NCBI RefSeq assembly: GCF_036365525.1
Contig: NC_090387.1
Span: forward strand, 88,887,691-88,951,690
Length of the DNA: 64,000 nucleotides
Source of the DNA: Heterodontus francisci
Lineage: Eukaryota
Reading direction: 5' to 3'
Part shown: positions 38,875-53,200 of the stretch, one piece after another
Position numbering within the stretch: the stretch's first letter is position 1
How the letters are laid out: every line of letters begins with the position of its first letter
Notes under the pieces: model-generated
Told to the model about the DNA's origin: nothing
Seen by the model: the letters and a program-made list of their open reading frames with translations, nothing else
Databases searched by the model: none
Translations under genes and position numbers: made by a program

Positions 38875-41800
38875 GGTAGGGAATCTGTACCGAATTTGAA
38901 AATAAAACTGATAAAAATTGATTAAAACACTAATTAACTAATTAATAAGTAGAGTAACTAAACCAGAGGGAGGAGATTACTGTATTTAGACAGCATTTAA
39001 TATTTATTGTAGAAATCTAGCACTAGGGACCACATAGTGAAGTGTATCATAATTTAGTAAGGATTTAATAAGTATTTACTTATTTTACATCAATTAACTA
39101 ATTAGTGATAGAAATGACAGTTAGAGGGGTGAAGTGCTTCACCTGTGAGATGTGGGAGGTGCGTGACGCTTCCAGCGTTCCGGGCGACTTCATCTGCAGG
39201 ATGGATCGGTTGGAGCGGCAACTGGATGCACTTAGCAGCATGCAGGTGGCGGAAAGCGTCATAGGCAGGAGTTTTAGAGAAGTGGTTACACCCAAGGTGC
39301 AGGCAGATAAATGGGTGACCGCTAGAAGGGGCAGGCATTCAGTGCAGGAATCCCCTGTGGCTATCCCCCTCTCTAACAAGTATACCGTTTTGGATACTGT
39401 TGAGGGGGATGGCCTATCAGGGGAAAACAGCAGCACCACGGCTGGCACTGTTGTTCAGCAGGGAGGGACAAAGCGCAGAAGAGCAATAGTTATAGGGAAC
39501 TCTCTAGTCAGGGGCACAGATAGGCGCTTCTGTGGACGTGAAAGAGACCACAGGAAGGTATGTTGCCTCCCTGGTGCCAGGGTCAAGGATGCCTCTAAAC
39601 GGACAGAGGGCATTCTGAAGGGGGAGGGTGAACAGCCAGAGGTTGTGGTACACATCGGTACCAACGACATAGGCAGGAAGAGTGATGAGGTCCTGCAGGG
39701 GGAGTATAGGCAGTTAGGTAGTAAGTTAAAAAACAGGACTTCGAGGGTTGTAATCTCTGGATTACTCCCTGTGCCACGTGCCAGTGAGGCTAGAAATAGG
39801 AAGATAGTGCAGCTAAGCACGTGGCTGAGCAGCTGGTGTAGAAGGCAGGGTTTCAGATATCTGGACCATTGGGCTCTCTTCAGGGACAGATGGGACCTGT
39901 ACAAGAAGGACGGGTTGCATCTAAACTGGAAGGGCACTAATATCCTGGCTGCAAGGTTTGCTAGCGTCACTCGGGAGGGTTTAAACTAGTGTGGCAGGGG
40001 GGTGGGAACCAGAGCAGTAGGACTGCTAGTGAAGTAAATGAGGAGGACATAGTAAATAAGGCCAGTAGGACTAAGAAGAAGAGCAGGCAGGGAGATGTTG
40101 CTGAGCACAGCGGGACTGAAGTGCATTTGTTTCAATGCGAGAAGTATAACAGGTAAGGCAGATGAACTTAGAGCTTAGATTGGTACTTGGAAATATGATG
40201 TTGTTGCTATTACAGAGACTTGGTCGAGGGAAGGGCAGGATTGGCAGCTAAATGTTCCAGGCTTCAGAAGCCTCAGGCGGGATAGAGGGGGATGTAAAAG
40301 GGGTGGAGGAGTTGCATTACTGGTTCAAGAGAATATCACAGCTGTACTGCGGGAGGACACCTCGGAGAGGTCATGAGGCGAGGCAATATGGGTGGAGCTC
40401 AGGAATAGGAAGGGTGCAGTCACGATGTTGGGGGTTTACTACAGGCCTCCCAACAGCCAGTGGGAGGTAGAGGAGCAGATATGTAGACAGGTTTTAGAAA
40501 GATGTAAAGGTAACAGGGTTGTAGTGGTGGGTGATTTTAACTTCCCCAATATTGACTGGGACTCACTTAGTGCTAGGGGCTTGGATGGGGCAGAATTTGT
40601 GAGGAGCATCCAGGAGGGCTTCTTGAAACAGTATGTAGATAGTCCAACTAGGGATGGGGCCACTCTGGACCTGGTATTGGGGAATGAGCCTGGCCAGGTG
40701 GTCGAGATTTCAGTGGGGGAGCATTTCGAGAGCAGTGACCACAATTCCATAAGTTTTAAGGTACTTGTGGATAAGGATAAGAGTCGTCCTCGGGTGAAGG
40801 TGCTTAATTGGGGGAAGGCTAAATATAACAACATTCGGCAGGAACTGAAGAATTTAGATTGGGGGCGGCTGTTCGAGGGTAAATCAACATCTGACATGTG
40901 GGAGTCTTTCAAACGTCAGCTGATTAGAATCCAGGACCAGCATGTTGCTGTGAGGAAGAAAGACAAGTTTGGCAAGTTTCGGGAAGCTTGGATAACATGG
41001 GATATTGTGAGCCGAGTCAAAAAGAAAAAGGAAGAATTTGTAAGGGCTGGAAGGCTAGGAACAGATGAAGCACTTGAGAAATATAAAGACAGTAGGAAGG
41101 AACTTAAGCAAGGAGTTAGGAGGGCTAAAAGGGGTCATGAAAAGTCATTGGCAAACAGGATTAAGGAAAATTTTATACATATATAAAGAGCAAGAGGGTA
41201 ACCAGGGAAAGGGTTGGCCCACTGAAGGGCAGAAATGGGAATCTATGTGTGGAGCCAGAGGAAATGGGTGAGGTGATAAATGAGTACTTTTATTCCGTAT
41301 TCACCAAGGAGAAGGACTTGGTGGATGATGAGCCTAGGGAAGGGAGTGCAGATAGTCTCAGTCATCTCATTATCAAAAAGGAGGAGGTGTTGGGTGTCTT
41401 GCAAAGCATTAAGGTAGATAAGTCCCCAGAACCTGATGGGATCTACCCTAGAATACTGAGGGAGGCAAGGAAAGAAATTGCTGGGGCCTTGACAGAAATC
41501 TTTGCATCCTCATTGGCTACAGCTGAGGTCCCAGAGGACTGGAGAATAGCCAATGTTGTTCCTTTGTTTAAGATGGGTGGTAAGGATAATCCAGGAAATT
41601 ATAGGCCGGTGAGCCTTATGTCAGTGGTAGGGAAACTATTAGAGAGGATTCTTCTGCACAGGATTTATTCCCATTTGGAAACAAACGAACTTATTAGCGA
41701 GCGACAGCATGGTTTTGTGAAGGGTAGGTCGTGTCTTACTAATTTGATTGAGTTTTTTGAAGAAGTGACGAAGATGATTGATGAGGGAAGGGCAGTGGAT

Positions 41801-42991
41801 GTTGTCTATATGGACTTTAGTAAAGCCTTTGACAAGGTTCTGCATGGCAGACTGGTGCAAAAGGTGAATCACATGGGATCAGAGGTGAGCTGGCAAGATG
41901 GATACAGAACTGGCTCAGTCACAGAAGACAGAGGGTAACAGTGGATGGGTGTTTTTTTCTGAATGGAGGGATGTGACTAGTGATGTTCCGCAGGGATCAG
42001 TGCTGGGACCTTTTCTGTTTGTAGTATATATAAATGATTTGGAGGAAAATGTAGCTGGTCTGATTAGTAAGTTTGCAGATGACACAAAGGTTGGTGGAGT
42101 TGCGGATAATGATGAGGACTGTCAGAGGATACAGCAGGATATAGATCGGTTGGAAACTTGGGCGGAGAAATGGCAGATGGCGTTTAGTCTGGACAAATGT
42201 GAGGTAATGCATTCTGGAAGGTCTAATGCAAGTGGGAAGTATACAGTAAATGGCAGAACCCTTAGGAGTATTGACAGGCAGAGAGATCGAGGTGTACAGG
42301 TCCACAGGTCACCGAAAGTGGCAACGCAGGTGGATAAGGTAGTCAAGAAAGCATACGGCATTCATCGGTCAGGGCACAGACTATAAAAATTGGCAAGTCA
42401 TGTTGCAGCTATACAGAACCTTAGTTAGGCCACACTTAGAATATTGCGTGCAATTCTGGTCGCCACACTACCAGAAGGATGTGGAGGTTTTGGAGAGGGT
42501 ACAGAGGAGGTTTACCACGATGTTGCCTGGTCTGGAGGCCATTAGCTATGAGGAGAGGTTGGATAAATTCGTGAGTGTTTTCACTGGAACGACAGAGGTG
42601 GAGGGGCGACATGATAGAGGTTTACAAAGATATGAGCGGCATGGACAGAGTTGATAGTCAGAAGCTTTTTCCCAGGGTGGAAGAGTCAGTTACTAGGGGA
42701 CATAGGTTTAAGGTGAGAGGGGCAAAGTTTAGAGGGGATGTGCGAGGCAAGTTTTTTACACAGAGGGTGGTGAGTGCCTGGAACTTGCTTCCAGGGGAAG
42801 TGGTGGAATCAGATACGATAGCGACGTTTAAGAGGCATCTTGACAAATACATGAATAGGAAGGGAATAGAGAGATACGGGCCCCGGAAGTGCAGAAGGTG
42901 TTAGTTTCGGCAGGCATCAAGATCGGCGCAGGCTTGGAGGGCCGAATGGCCTGTTCCTGTGCTGTACTGTTCTTTGTTCTTTTTTCTTTGT
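38875..42991 (+). mobile_element. Near full-length CR1 LINE (ORF1 ZnF+SGNH esterase, ORF2 APE-RT, frameshifted)
   Basis: ORF 39105-39989 (C..C, GNS, GTND, DGLH) and ORF2 fragments 40392-42904. TSD TATCAT at 38869-38874 and 42992-42997. It is inserted into an older minus-strand CR1 (38660-44352). Confidence 0.92.
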
Positions 42992-42997
42992 TATCAT

Positions 42998-44352
42998 TGT
43001 ATCGTCTGAAAATGTAATTAATTAGTTAAAACACAATCTGACCCTTCATCCAAATCATTAATCTGGATAGAAAATAGTTCAGACCCCAGCACTAATATTT
43101 GTGTCACTCCACTAGTTACATTTTGTTAGCCTAAAAATGCCCATTTATGCTGACTCTGCTTCCTGTTAGTTACCCAATCTTCTATGGGTGCTAGTATATT
43201 AACCCCAACACCATAAGCTCTTATCTTGTGCAGTGACCTATTATGTGACACATCATTGAATGCCTTTTGGAAATTCAAATGCACTACATCTATTGCTTCC
43301 GCTTTAGCCACCTTGCTTGGTGTATCCTCAAAGTACTCTGATGACTTTGTCAAATTACAGATAACAAGCGAACTACCCTTTAGCTTCCTGCTTTCTGTCT
43401 CTTTCCTTTAGTGAATAGGTGTGTTACATTTGTGGTTTGCCAATCTGCTTGGATCTTTTCAGAATCTAGGGAGTCTTGGAAGATTGCAACCAATGCAGCG
43501 ACTATCTCTAAAGCTACTTCTTTGAAAATACTAAGATGTAAGACATCAGTTCCAGGAGACTTGTCAGCTTTTAGCATCATTATTGTTCCTCGTACTTATT
43601 CTCTGGTGATAACGGCTGTTTCAAGTTAATCTACTCTTGAATATCTACTGTTCTTGGGATGATTTTAGTATCTTCTACCATGAAGACAGATACAAAATAC
43701 TTATTGAAAGTCTCTGCCATTTCCTTGTTTCCCATTATTAACTCCCCTGTCTCATTGTCAAAGAAACCAACACTTACGTTCGAGACTCCCTTTCTTTTTA
43801 TATGTTTGTAGAAGCTCTTACTATCTGTTTCTAGATTTCTTGCTGGTTTACTCTCAAGCTAATTTCTCCCTCTGTTTCAGTCATTATTTGCTGGTTTCTG
43901 ATATCTTCCCAATCTTCTAGCCTGCCACTAATCTATGCAGCATTATATACCTTTTCTGTCCATTTGATGCCATCCTTAAATTCCTTAGATAGTCATGGAT
44001 GGTTAATGATTCTCGTCGAGTCTTTCTTTCTCAATCGTGTATAGCGCTAAGGGTTATGAAATACCTCCATAAAGGCTTACCCCTTCTTATAAACCAATAA
44101 ATCTTTTAACCTTTTGCCCAGTCTACGTTAGCCAATTCTAGTTTCCTACATTTGTGAATGTCATACTTTAAGTTTAAGACACACTGTTTTGAGATCCATG
44201 TAACTCTTACCCAAACTGAATGAGAAATTCTATCACGTTAATATCACTCATCCCTAGGTGATCCTATCATCTGAGATCATTAATCAATCTGTCTCAATAC
44301 ATATTAACAGGTTTAATATAGCCTGTTTCTTGGTTGGTTCCACGATGTATTG
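42998..44352 (-). mobile_element. Older decayed CR1 (host of the 38875 insertion; continues at 38660-38868)
   Basis: Minus ORFs DVVHLNFQKAFNDVSH and ADKSPGTD.LH..IFKEVA. Confidence 0.75.
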
Positions 44353-44785
44353 TTCTACGAAATTGTGCCGAATACACAAGAACACAAGAAATAGGAGCAG
44401 GGTGTCGATCATATGGCCCATAGACACTGCTCCGCCATTCAATACGATCACGAATGATCTTAAACTTCAACTCCACTTTCCCACCTGCTCGCCATATCCC
44501 TTGATTCTCCAAGAGACTAAAATTCTGTCTATCCCAGCCTTAAATGGATTCAACGATGAAGCATCTGCAACCCTCTGGGGCAGAGAATTCCAAAGATTCA
44601 CAACCATTTGATTTCTCCTTATCTCAGTTGCTAATGGTCTGCCCCTTATCCTGAGATAATGCCCCCTTGTTTTAGATACACCGACCAGTGGAAACAATCT
44701 CTCAACTTCTACCGTATCAAGACCATTCAGCATCTTGTATGTTTCAATGAGATCACCTCTCACTCTTCTAAACGCCAGAGAATAT

Positions 44786-46085
44786 TGTTACGAAAGTGAT
44801 GCTTTTTTTTGTTTAATATATGTGTTGAGGATTCATAGTCATCAACTGAAGAAATTTCTTTTTCAAGATGGCCATCAAGAGGACCCTGAAAGGACTTGTT
44901 TGACAATAACATTTACTGGTTGTCACATGACACAAGTTAAAAATAGAGCAGAAATCCTGGTCACTGGGGAAGATGTGTACAGAGAAGTGGCAGGTCAGAG
45001 GTTGGACTTTCTCTTTCCTGTTTCTCTTTTGAATTGCATGGAGTTGGGAACGAACTGTTTAAAATGGGTTAAAGTATTAAAATGTAAAGCTGAAGGACAG
45101 AACATCAGCTCCGTCCAGCCTGTTCCATCTCTAAAAAGACTACAGAAGAAGAAGAAGAGAACTTCTGGGGCGGCACAGTGGCGCAGTGGTTAGCACCGCA
45201 GCCTCACAGCTCCAGGGACCCGGGTTCGATTCCGGGTACTGCCTGTGTGGAGTTTGCAAGTTCTCCCTGTGTCTGCGTGGGTTTTCTCCGGGTGCTCCGG
45301 TTTCCTCCCACAAGCCAAAAGACTTGCAGGTTGATAGGTAAATTGGCCATTATAAATTGTCACTAGTATAGGTAGGTGGTAGGGAAATATAGGGACAGGT
45401 GGGGATGTTTGGTAGGAATATGGAATTAGTGTAGGATTAGTATAAATGGGTGGTTGATGTTCGGCACAGACTCGGTGGGCCGAAGGGCCTGTTTCAGTGC
45501 TGTATCTCTAATCAAATCTAATCAAACTTCCAAGAAGAGAAGAGAAGAGAATGACCAAAGAAGGAGATAGGGCCACAAACCAGCTCAACTTTCCAGCACT
45601 CATCTAAAAGACCTTGCGTAGTCCACTGTGTCAAATTATCTTATTTCCTGTCATTGAAGAAAAGCCTGCCAAATCAATTTTCAATGCCACCTGAAAAGAA
45701 TTGTCCTAAAATATTGCAATGACCCGTCTATGTCAGTTTTGGAACACAACATATTGCATCTGCTGTGTCTTCAAGAATGAGCAAGTATTCAGCCCAAGTG
45801 CTTTTTTGTCTGGAACAGAGACTTAAACCAATTTTTTTTTAATAAAAAAAAACTATGTGTTAACCTGTGTGTGTGTGAGTGTCAGGGGCTAAGATATAGA
45901 GGTAACTGTAATGTATCAATTTGTGTGCGATGCTTTACTTCAATACTGTTTAAGGTTTGTTTTGTAATAAACCAATAATTTTGCTGTTTATTAAAGAAAC
46001 CTGGTGGTGTTTTATATTCCAGGAAAGTGGAGTATATGGTTGACCGTATTGATAAGTGGAAGATTGTACGTATATGTTGCGACCT
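44786..46085. mobile_element. Solo-LTR-like insert (~1.3 kb including a nested SINE)
   Basis: Starts TGTTACG, with a 4-bp TSD ATAT at 44782-44785 and 46086-46089 inside a CR1. The right end is not a clean CA. Confidence 0.55.
45167..45524 (+). mobile_element. tRNA-derived SINE (HE1-like)
   Basis: A box TGGCGCAGTGG, B box GGTTCGATTCC and a CR1-type tail. Probable TSD AACTTC at 45160-45165 and 45525-45530. Confidence 0.9.
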
Positions 46086-47249
46086 ATATAGGCCCAATTT
46101 AGTCAACCTCTCATCATAGGACAACGCTTTCATCCCATGGACTAATTTACTGAACCTTGGCTGCACCGCCTCCAATGCAAGTTATCACTTCATGACAGAA
46201 ACTGCACACTGTATGCCAGATGTGGTCTCACCAAAACGCTGTACAATTGTGGCAAAACTTCCTTATTCCTGTACTCCAATCCTCTTGCAATAAAGGCCAA
46301 CATACAAGTTGCCTTACTAATCGCTTGTTGTACATGCATGCTAACTTCCTGCATTCATTGTACAAGCACAGCTAACTCTGTTTGAATATATTCTATGAAC
46401 TCGTCCTCAAGGCTCCCTTTGCCAATTTAATTTGCCCAATCTATATGAAGATTAAACTCAGGCACCATTATTGCAGTACCTATCTTACAAGCCTCCATTA
46501 TGTCTTCATTCATTCTTTGTCCTACAGTGTAGCTATTGTTATGGGGCCTATAAACTACTCCAAACAGTGAATTATTTCCCTTCCTATTATTTGTCTCCAC
46601 GCAAACTGATTCTACATCTTGATCTTCCCAGCAAAGATCATTTCGCACTACAAGAGCTGCAGCAGCATTTCTTTTCCTTTCCTCCTATCCTTTCAAAATA
46701 TCAAATATCCTTGAATGTTCAGCTCCATACTTGGTCATTTTGCAACCACGTCTCTGTAATGGCTATCAGATCATACCCGCGCATTTCTATTTATTGTATC
46801 AATTCATCTATCCTGTTATGAATGTTCTGTGCATACAGAACAAGAGATTTTAATTATGCCTTTAACCATTGTTCCATACTCTGATCTTGTTGCTGGTACA
46901 CTCTTAAGTTTGTATGTTCTTGTCCTTTCCTGTCACACTCTGATTCTCAGTACCCATATCGCTACCCTGAACTATTTCTTGTCCTTTCTCTTTAATTTTT
47001 AAATTTCCCCTTACACGAACCCTGTCACTCCTACTATATAGTTTAAAGCCCTTTCTGCAGCCCTAGTTATTCCAAGAACCATGTCTCAGCACCTTTCAAG
47101 CGAAGCCTATCCCAGTGGAACAGTTTCCTCTTTTCCCTGTCCTGGGAACAGTACCCCATGAATTGAAACTCATTTCTCCCAAACCAATCTTTTTAGCGAT
47201 GCATTCAACATTCAACACACGTCGTAATCCAGAGATCTTTGTGGTTCTG

Positions 47250-50200
47250 CTGTTTTGGATACTGCTGAGGGTTCCTCAAGGGAGGGCAATCTGTTCAATG
47301 TCCGTGACTGCACACTAGGGGAGGAAGAACAGTGGAAGAGCAATGGTGATATGGGTTTCGATAGTCAGGGGATTAAACAGGCGTTTTTGCATTTGCAAAA
47401 GTGAGTCCAGGACGGTGTGTTGCCTCCCCGCTGCCCGGGTCAAGGATGTCCCAGAGCAGCTGCAGGGCATCCTTCTGGGGGAGGGTGAGCAGCCAGAGGT
47501 CGTGATCCACATTAGTACCAGAGACATAGGTAGAAAGAGGGATAAGGTCCTGAACGCAAATTTTAGAGAGTTAGGAAGGAAATTAAAAAGCGGGGCCTCC
47601 AAAACAGTAATCTCCGGATTACTCGCAGTCCCACGTGCGAGCAAGCATAGGATTAGGAGGATTGATCGATTGAACACCTGGCTGGAGAATTGTTGTCGGA
47701 GGGAGGGCATCAGATTTCCGAGGTACTGGAACCAGTTCTGGGGCTATACCTTCACAGGACCGTAACTAATATCCTCCAAGGGGGACTTGCTAGTGCTGTT
47801 GGGTAGGGTTTAACCTAGCTTGCCAGGGGATTGGGAACCTGAGGCATAGCTCAAATTAGAAGGAAATGAAGCTATTAACAGGAGGTACAAAAGTAACAAG
47901 TGACAGTAGAAGGCAGGCGAAACAAAGGCGAGCATCAACGAGGTTGAGAATTCAGAATATCAAGAAGACAAAGTTAAGGGAACTCTACCTGAATGCACGC
48001 AGCATTCTCAACCGTGTAAATGATTTAAAGGTCCAAATAGAGGTAAATGGGTATGATCTTATTGCCATAACGGAAACGTGGCTACAGGGTGATCAAGGCA
48101 GGGAACTAAATATTCATGGATATTCGATATTCAGGAACGACAGGCAAAAAGGGAAAGGAGGTGGTGTTGCACTGATAATAAGGGAGGATCTCAGATCGGA
48201 AGAACAAAATTATAAATCTGTTTGGCAAAGCTTAGAAACAGCAAGGGACAGCAAACATTGGAGGGGGTAGGAGTTGTTTATAGGCCATCAAACAGTAGTG
48301 GTAGTGTGGGGCATGGTATTAATCAGGAGATTAGAAAAGCATGTAGCATGTGCCATACAGTATTCATGGGAGACGTCAATCTGTACAAAGACTGGGAAAC
48401 TAAATGAGCACCAATGCTGTGGAGGACGAGTTTCTGGAGTGTGTTAGGGATGGTTTTCTAGAGCAGTATATTGAGGAACCGACAAGAGAACAGGCTATTT
48501 CATTGCAGCAGCTTTTTCGGGAGCAGAGAGTGCGAGCGAGTGAGCAGCTGGGAAGGTCAGTTTAAAGTAAACTTAATTTCTTTTTGTTTTCGGCAGAGAC
48601 CAGGGGGCTGCTGGGTAAGTAAAACCCTATATATTTGGGCCGTTTCTGAACCCGAGACACTACACCTGTAGTGTCTCCCACCCGCCCTCCTCCTCTAACC
48701 AAAAAAAAAGGACTCGGTGGTGTGTAGATAAGGTAAGGCTTTTTCTATTTCTCTTTTTTTTAATCGTGTGATTGGTAAAAAACTTTTCGTTCCTTTTTCA
48801 CTTAACTAAGTTTAAGCTTAAGATTAAAAATGGCAGGAGATCTCAGACCCGTGACATGCTCCTCTTGCTCAATGTGGGAGCTCAGGGACATGGCTGATGT
48901 CCCTGACTCCTTCACGTGCAGGAAGTGTGTCCAGCTGCAGCTCTTGTTAGACCGCATGACGGCTCTGGAGCTGCGGATGGACTCACTTTGGAGCATCCGC
49001 GATGCTGAGGAGGTCGTGGATAGCACGTTTAGCGAATTGGTCACACCGCAGATTAGGATCGCTGAGGGAGAAAGGGAATGGGTGACCAAAAGGCAGAGAA
49101 AGAGCAGGAAGGCAGCGCAGGTGTCCCCTGCGGTCATCTCCGTCCAAAACAGGTATACCGTTTTGGATACTGTTGAGGGAGATGGCTCACCAGGGGAAGG
49201 CAGCAGTAGCCAGGTTCATGGCACCGTGGCTGGCTCTGCTGTTCAGAAGGGCGGGAAAAAGAGTGGAAGGGCTATAGTCATAGGGGATTCGATTATAAGG
49301 GGAGTAGATAGGCGGTTCTGTGGTCGAAAACGAGACTCCCGAATGGTATGTTGCCTCCCAGGTGCACGGGTCAGGGATGTCTCAGATCGGCAGCAGAACA
49401 TTCTGAAGGGGGAGGGTGAACAGCCAGTTGTCGTTGTGCACATAGGCACCAATGATATAGGTAAAAAACGGGATGAGGTCCTACAAGCAGAATTTAGGGA
49501 GTTAGGAGCCAAGTTAAAAAGTAGGACCTCAGAGGTAGTAATCTCCGGATTGCTACCAGTGCCATGTGATAGTCAGAGTAGAAATGAAAGAATAGTCAGG
49601 ATGAATGCGTGGCTTGAGAGATGGTGCAGGAGGGAGGGGTTCAGATTTTTGGGACATTGGGACCGGTTCTGGGGGAGGTGGGACTATTACAAATTGGACG
49701 GTCTACACCTGGGCCGGACTGGAACCAATGTCCTTGGGGGTGCTTTTGCTAATGCTGTTAGGGAGGGTTTAAACTAATGTGGCAGGGGGATGGGAACCAA
49801 ATGAGGTCAGTAGAGACTAAGGATGTAGTAACTAAAGCCTGTAAGGAACTAGATAATGAAGTCAGCGTGACTAAGGGAAAGAGTAGGCAGGGAGCAGATG
49901 ATGACAGCAAAGGGACTGGTGGTCTGAGGTGTATTTGTTTTAATGCAAGCAGTGTAGTAGGTAAGGCAGATGAACTTATGGCTTGGATTAGTACCTGGGA
50001 GTATGATGTTATTGCTATTACTGAGACTTGGTTAAGGGAAGGGCATGATTGGCAAATAAATATCCCAGGATACCGATGCTTCAGGCGGGATAGAGAGGGA
50101 GGTAAAAGGGGTGAAGGAGTTGCATTACTGGTCAAAGAGGATATCACAGCTGTGCTGAAGTAAGGCACTATGGAGGCCACGAGCTGTGAGGCAATATGGG

Positions 50201-53200
50201 CAGAACTCAGAAATAGGAAGGGTGCGGTAACAATGTTGGGGCCGAACTAAGGGCCTCCCAACAGCGAGCGTGAGATAGTGGTACAAATATGTAAACAGAT
50301 TATGGAAAGCTGTAGGAGCAACAGGGTGGTGGTGATTGGAGATTTTAATTTTCCCAACATTGACTGGGATTCACTTAATGTTAGAGGTCTAGATGGAGCA
50401 GAATTTGTTTGGAGCATACAGGAGGTTTTTTTACAGCAGTATGTAAATAGTCCAACTCGGGAAGGGGCCATACTGGACCTGATGTTGGGAAATGAGCCGG
50501 GCCAGGTGGTTGACGTTTCAATAGGGGACTACTTTGGGAATAGTGATCACAATTCCGTAAGTTTTAGAATACTCATGGACAAAGACGAGAGTGGTCCTAA
50601 AGGAAGAGTGCTAAATTGGGGGAAGGCCAACTATACCAAAATTCGGCAGGAGCAGGGGAACGTAGATTGGGAGCAGCTGTTTGAAGGGAAATCCACATTT
50701 GATATGTGTGAGGCTTTTAAAGAGAGGTTGATTAGCGTGCAGGTGAGACATGTTCCTGTGAAAATGAGGGGTAGAAATGGCAAGATTAGGGAACCATGGA
50801 TGACAGGTGAAATTGTGAGACTAGCGAAGAGGAAAAAGGAAGCATACATAAGGTCTAGGCGGCTGAAGAAAGACGAAGCTTTGAATGAATATCGGGATTG
50901 TAGGCACAATCTGAAACGAGGAATTAAGAGGGCTCAAAGGGGTCATGAAATGTCTTTAGCAAACAGGGTTAAGGAAAATCCCAAAGCCTTTTATTCATAT
51001 ATAAGGAGCAAGAGGGTAACTAGAGAAAGGATTGGCCCACTCAAGGACAAAGGAGGAAAGTTATGCGTGGAATCAGAGAAAATGGGTGAGATTCTAAACG
51101 AGTACTTTGCATCGGTATTCACCGAGGAGAGGGACATGACGGATGTTGAGGTTAGGGACAGATGTTTGATTACTCTAGGTCAAGTCGGCATAAGGAGGGA
51201 GGAAGTGTTGGGTATTCTAAAAGGCATTAAGGTGGACAAGTCCCCAGCTCCGGATGGGATCTATTCCAGGTTAGTGTGGGAAGCGAGAGAGGAAATAGTT
51301 GGGGCTTTAACAGATATCTTTGCAACATCCTTAAACACGGGAGAGGTCCCGGAGGACTGGAGAATTGCTAATGTTGTCCCCTTGTTTAAGAAGGGTAGCA
51401 GGGATAATCCAGGTAAATATAGACCGGTGAGCCTGACGTCAGTGGTAGGGAAGCTGCTGGAGAAGATACTGAGGGATAGGATCTATTCCCATTTGGAAGT
51501 AAATGGACTCATCAGTGATAGGCAACATGGTTTTGTGCAGGGAAGGTCATGTCTTACCAACTTAATAGAATTCTTTGAGGAAGTGACAAAGTGAATTGAT
51601 GAGGGAAGGGCTGTAGATGTCATATACATGGACTTCAGTAAGGCGTTTGATAAGGTTCCCCATGGTAGGCTGATGGAGAAAGTGAAGGTGCATGGGGTCC
51701 AAGGTGTACTAGCTAGATGGATAAAGAACTGGCTGGGCAACAGGAGACAAAGAGTAGCAGTGGAAGGGAGTTTCTCAAAATGGAGACGTGTTACCAGTGG
51801 TGTTCCACAGGGATCCGTGCTGGGACCACTGTTGTTTGTGACATACATAAATGATTTGGAGGAAAGTATAGGTGGTCTGATTAGCAAGTTTACAGACGAC
51901 ACTAAGATTGGTGGAGTAGCAGATAGTGAAGGGGACTGTCAGAGAATACAGCAGAATATAGATAGATTGGAGAGTTGGGCAGAGAAATGGCAGATGGAGT
52001 TCAATCAGGGAAAATGCGAGGTGATGCATTTTGGAAGATCCAATTCAAGAGTGAACTATACAGTAAATGGAAAAGTCCTGGGGAAAATTGATGTACAGAG
52101 AGATTTGGGTGTTCAGGTCCATTGTTCCCTGAAGGTGGCAACGCAGGTCAATAGAGTGGTCAAGAAGGCATACGGCATGCTTTCCTTCATCGGACGGGGT
52201 ATTGAGTACAAGAGTTGGCAGGTCATGTTACAGTTGTATAGGACTTTGGTTCGGCCACATTTGGAATACTGCGTGCAGTTCTGGTCGCCACATTACCAAA
52301 AGGATGTAGATGCTTTGGAGAGGGTGCAGAGGAGATTCACCAGGATGTTGCCTGGTATGGAGGGCGCTAGCTATGAAGAGGGGTTGAGCAGATTAGGATT
52401 ATTTTCATTAGAAAGACGGAGGTTGAGGGGGGACCTGATTGAGGTGTACAAAATCATGAGAGGTATAGACAGAGTGGATAGCAAGAAGCTTTTTCCCAGA
52501 GTGGGGGATTCAATTACAAGGGGACACGAGTTCAAAGTGAAAGGGGAAATGTTTAGGGGGGATATGCGTGGCAATTTCTTTATGCAGAGGGTGGTGGGTG
52601 CATGGAACGCTTTGCCAGTGGAGGTGGTAGACGCGGGCACGATAGCGTCTTTTAAGATGTATCTAGACAGATACATGAATGGGCAGGAAGTAAAGAGATA
52701 CAGACCCTTAGAAGATAGGCGACAGGTTTAGATAGAGGATTTGGATCAGCGTAGTCTTGTCGGGCCGAAGGGCCTGTTCCTGTGCTGTAATTTGCTTTGT
52801 TCTTTGTTCTTTAGATCTCGCATTATACAATGAGAAAGGTTCATTAATAATCTTGTGAAAGAACCTTTAGGGATGAGTGACCATAATATGATAGAATTTT
52901 ACATTAAGTTTGAAAGAGAGCTGGTTCAATCTGAAGCCAGGGTGTTAAATTTGAACAAAGGAAAATAGAAGGTATGAGGGGCAAATAGCTGAGGTGGTTT
53001 GGGGAAATATATTAAAAGGTATGACAGTACATAGACAATAGATAGTCTTCAAATAATTATTCCATAGTTTACAGCAACTATTCATTCCTTCATCGCACAA
53101 AAATCCCAAAAGTTAAGGCAGTTAACCGTGGCTAAAAAGGGGAGTTAAGGATTGTATGAGATAAAAAAAAAGAAAAGGCCTATAACATTTGCAGAAATAT

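Larger units (their letters stand above)
44372..46380 (-). mobile_element. CR1 3' fragment split by an LTR-like insert
   Basis: ORF 44467-44763 (MRGDLIETYK..TRGHYLRI). The sequence resumes at 46086. Confidence 0.8.

Noticed and set aside
45167-45240. tRNA-like sequence (also 5700-5777 and 16560-16650)
   Set aside because: These are retroposon heads with A/B boxes continuing into SINE/LINE bodies, not tRNA genes.
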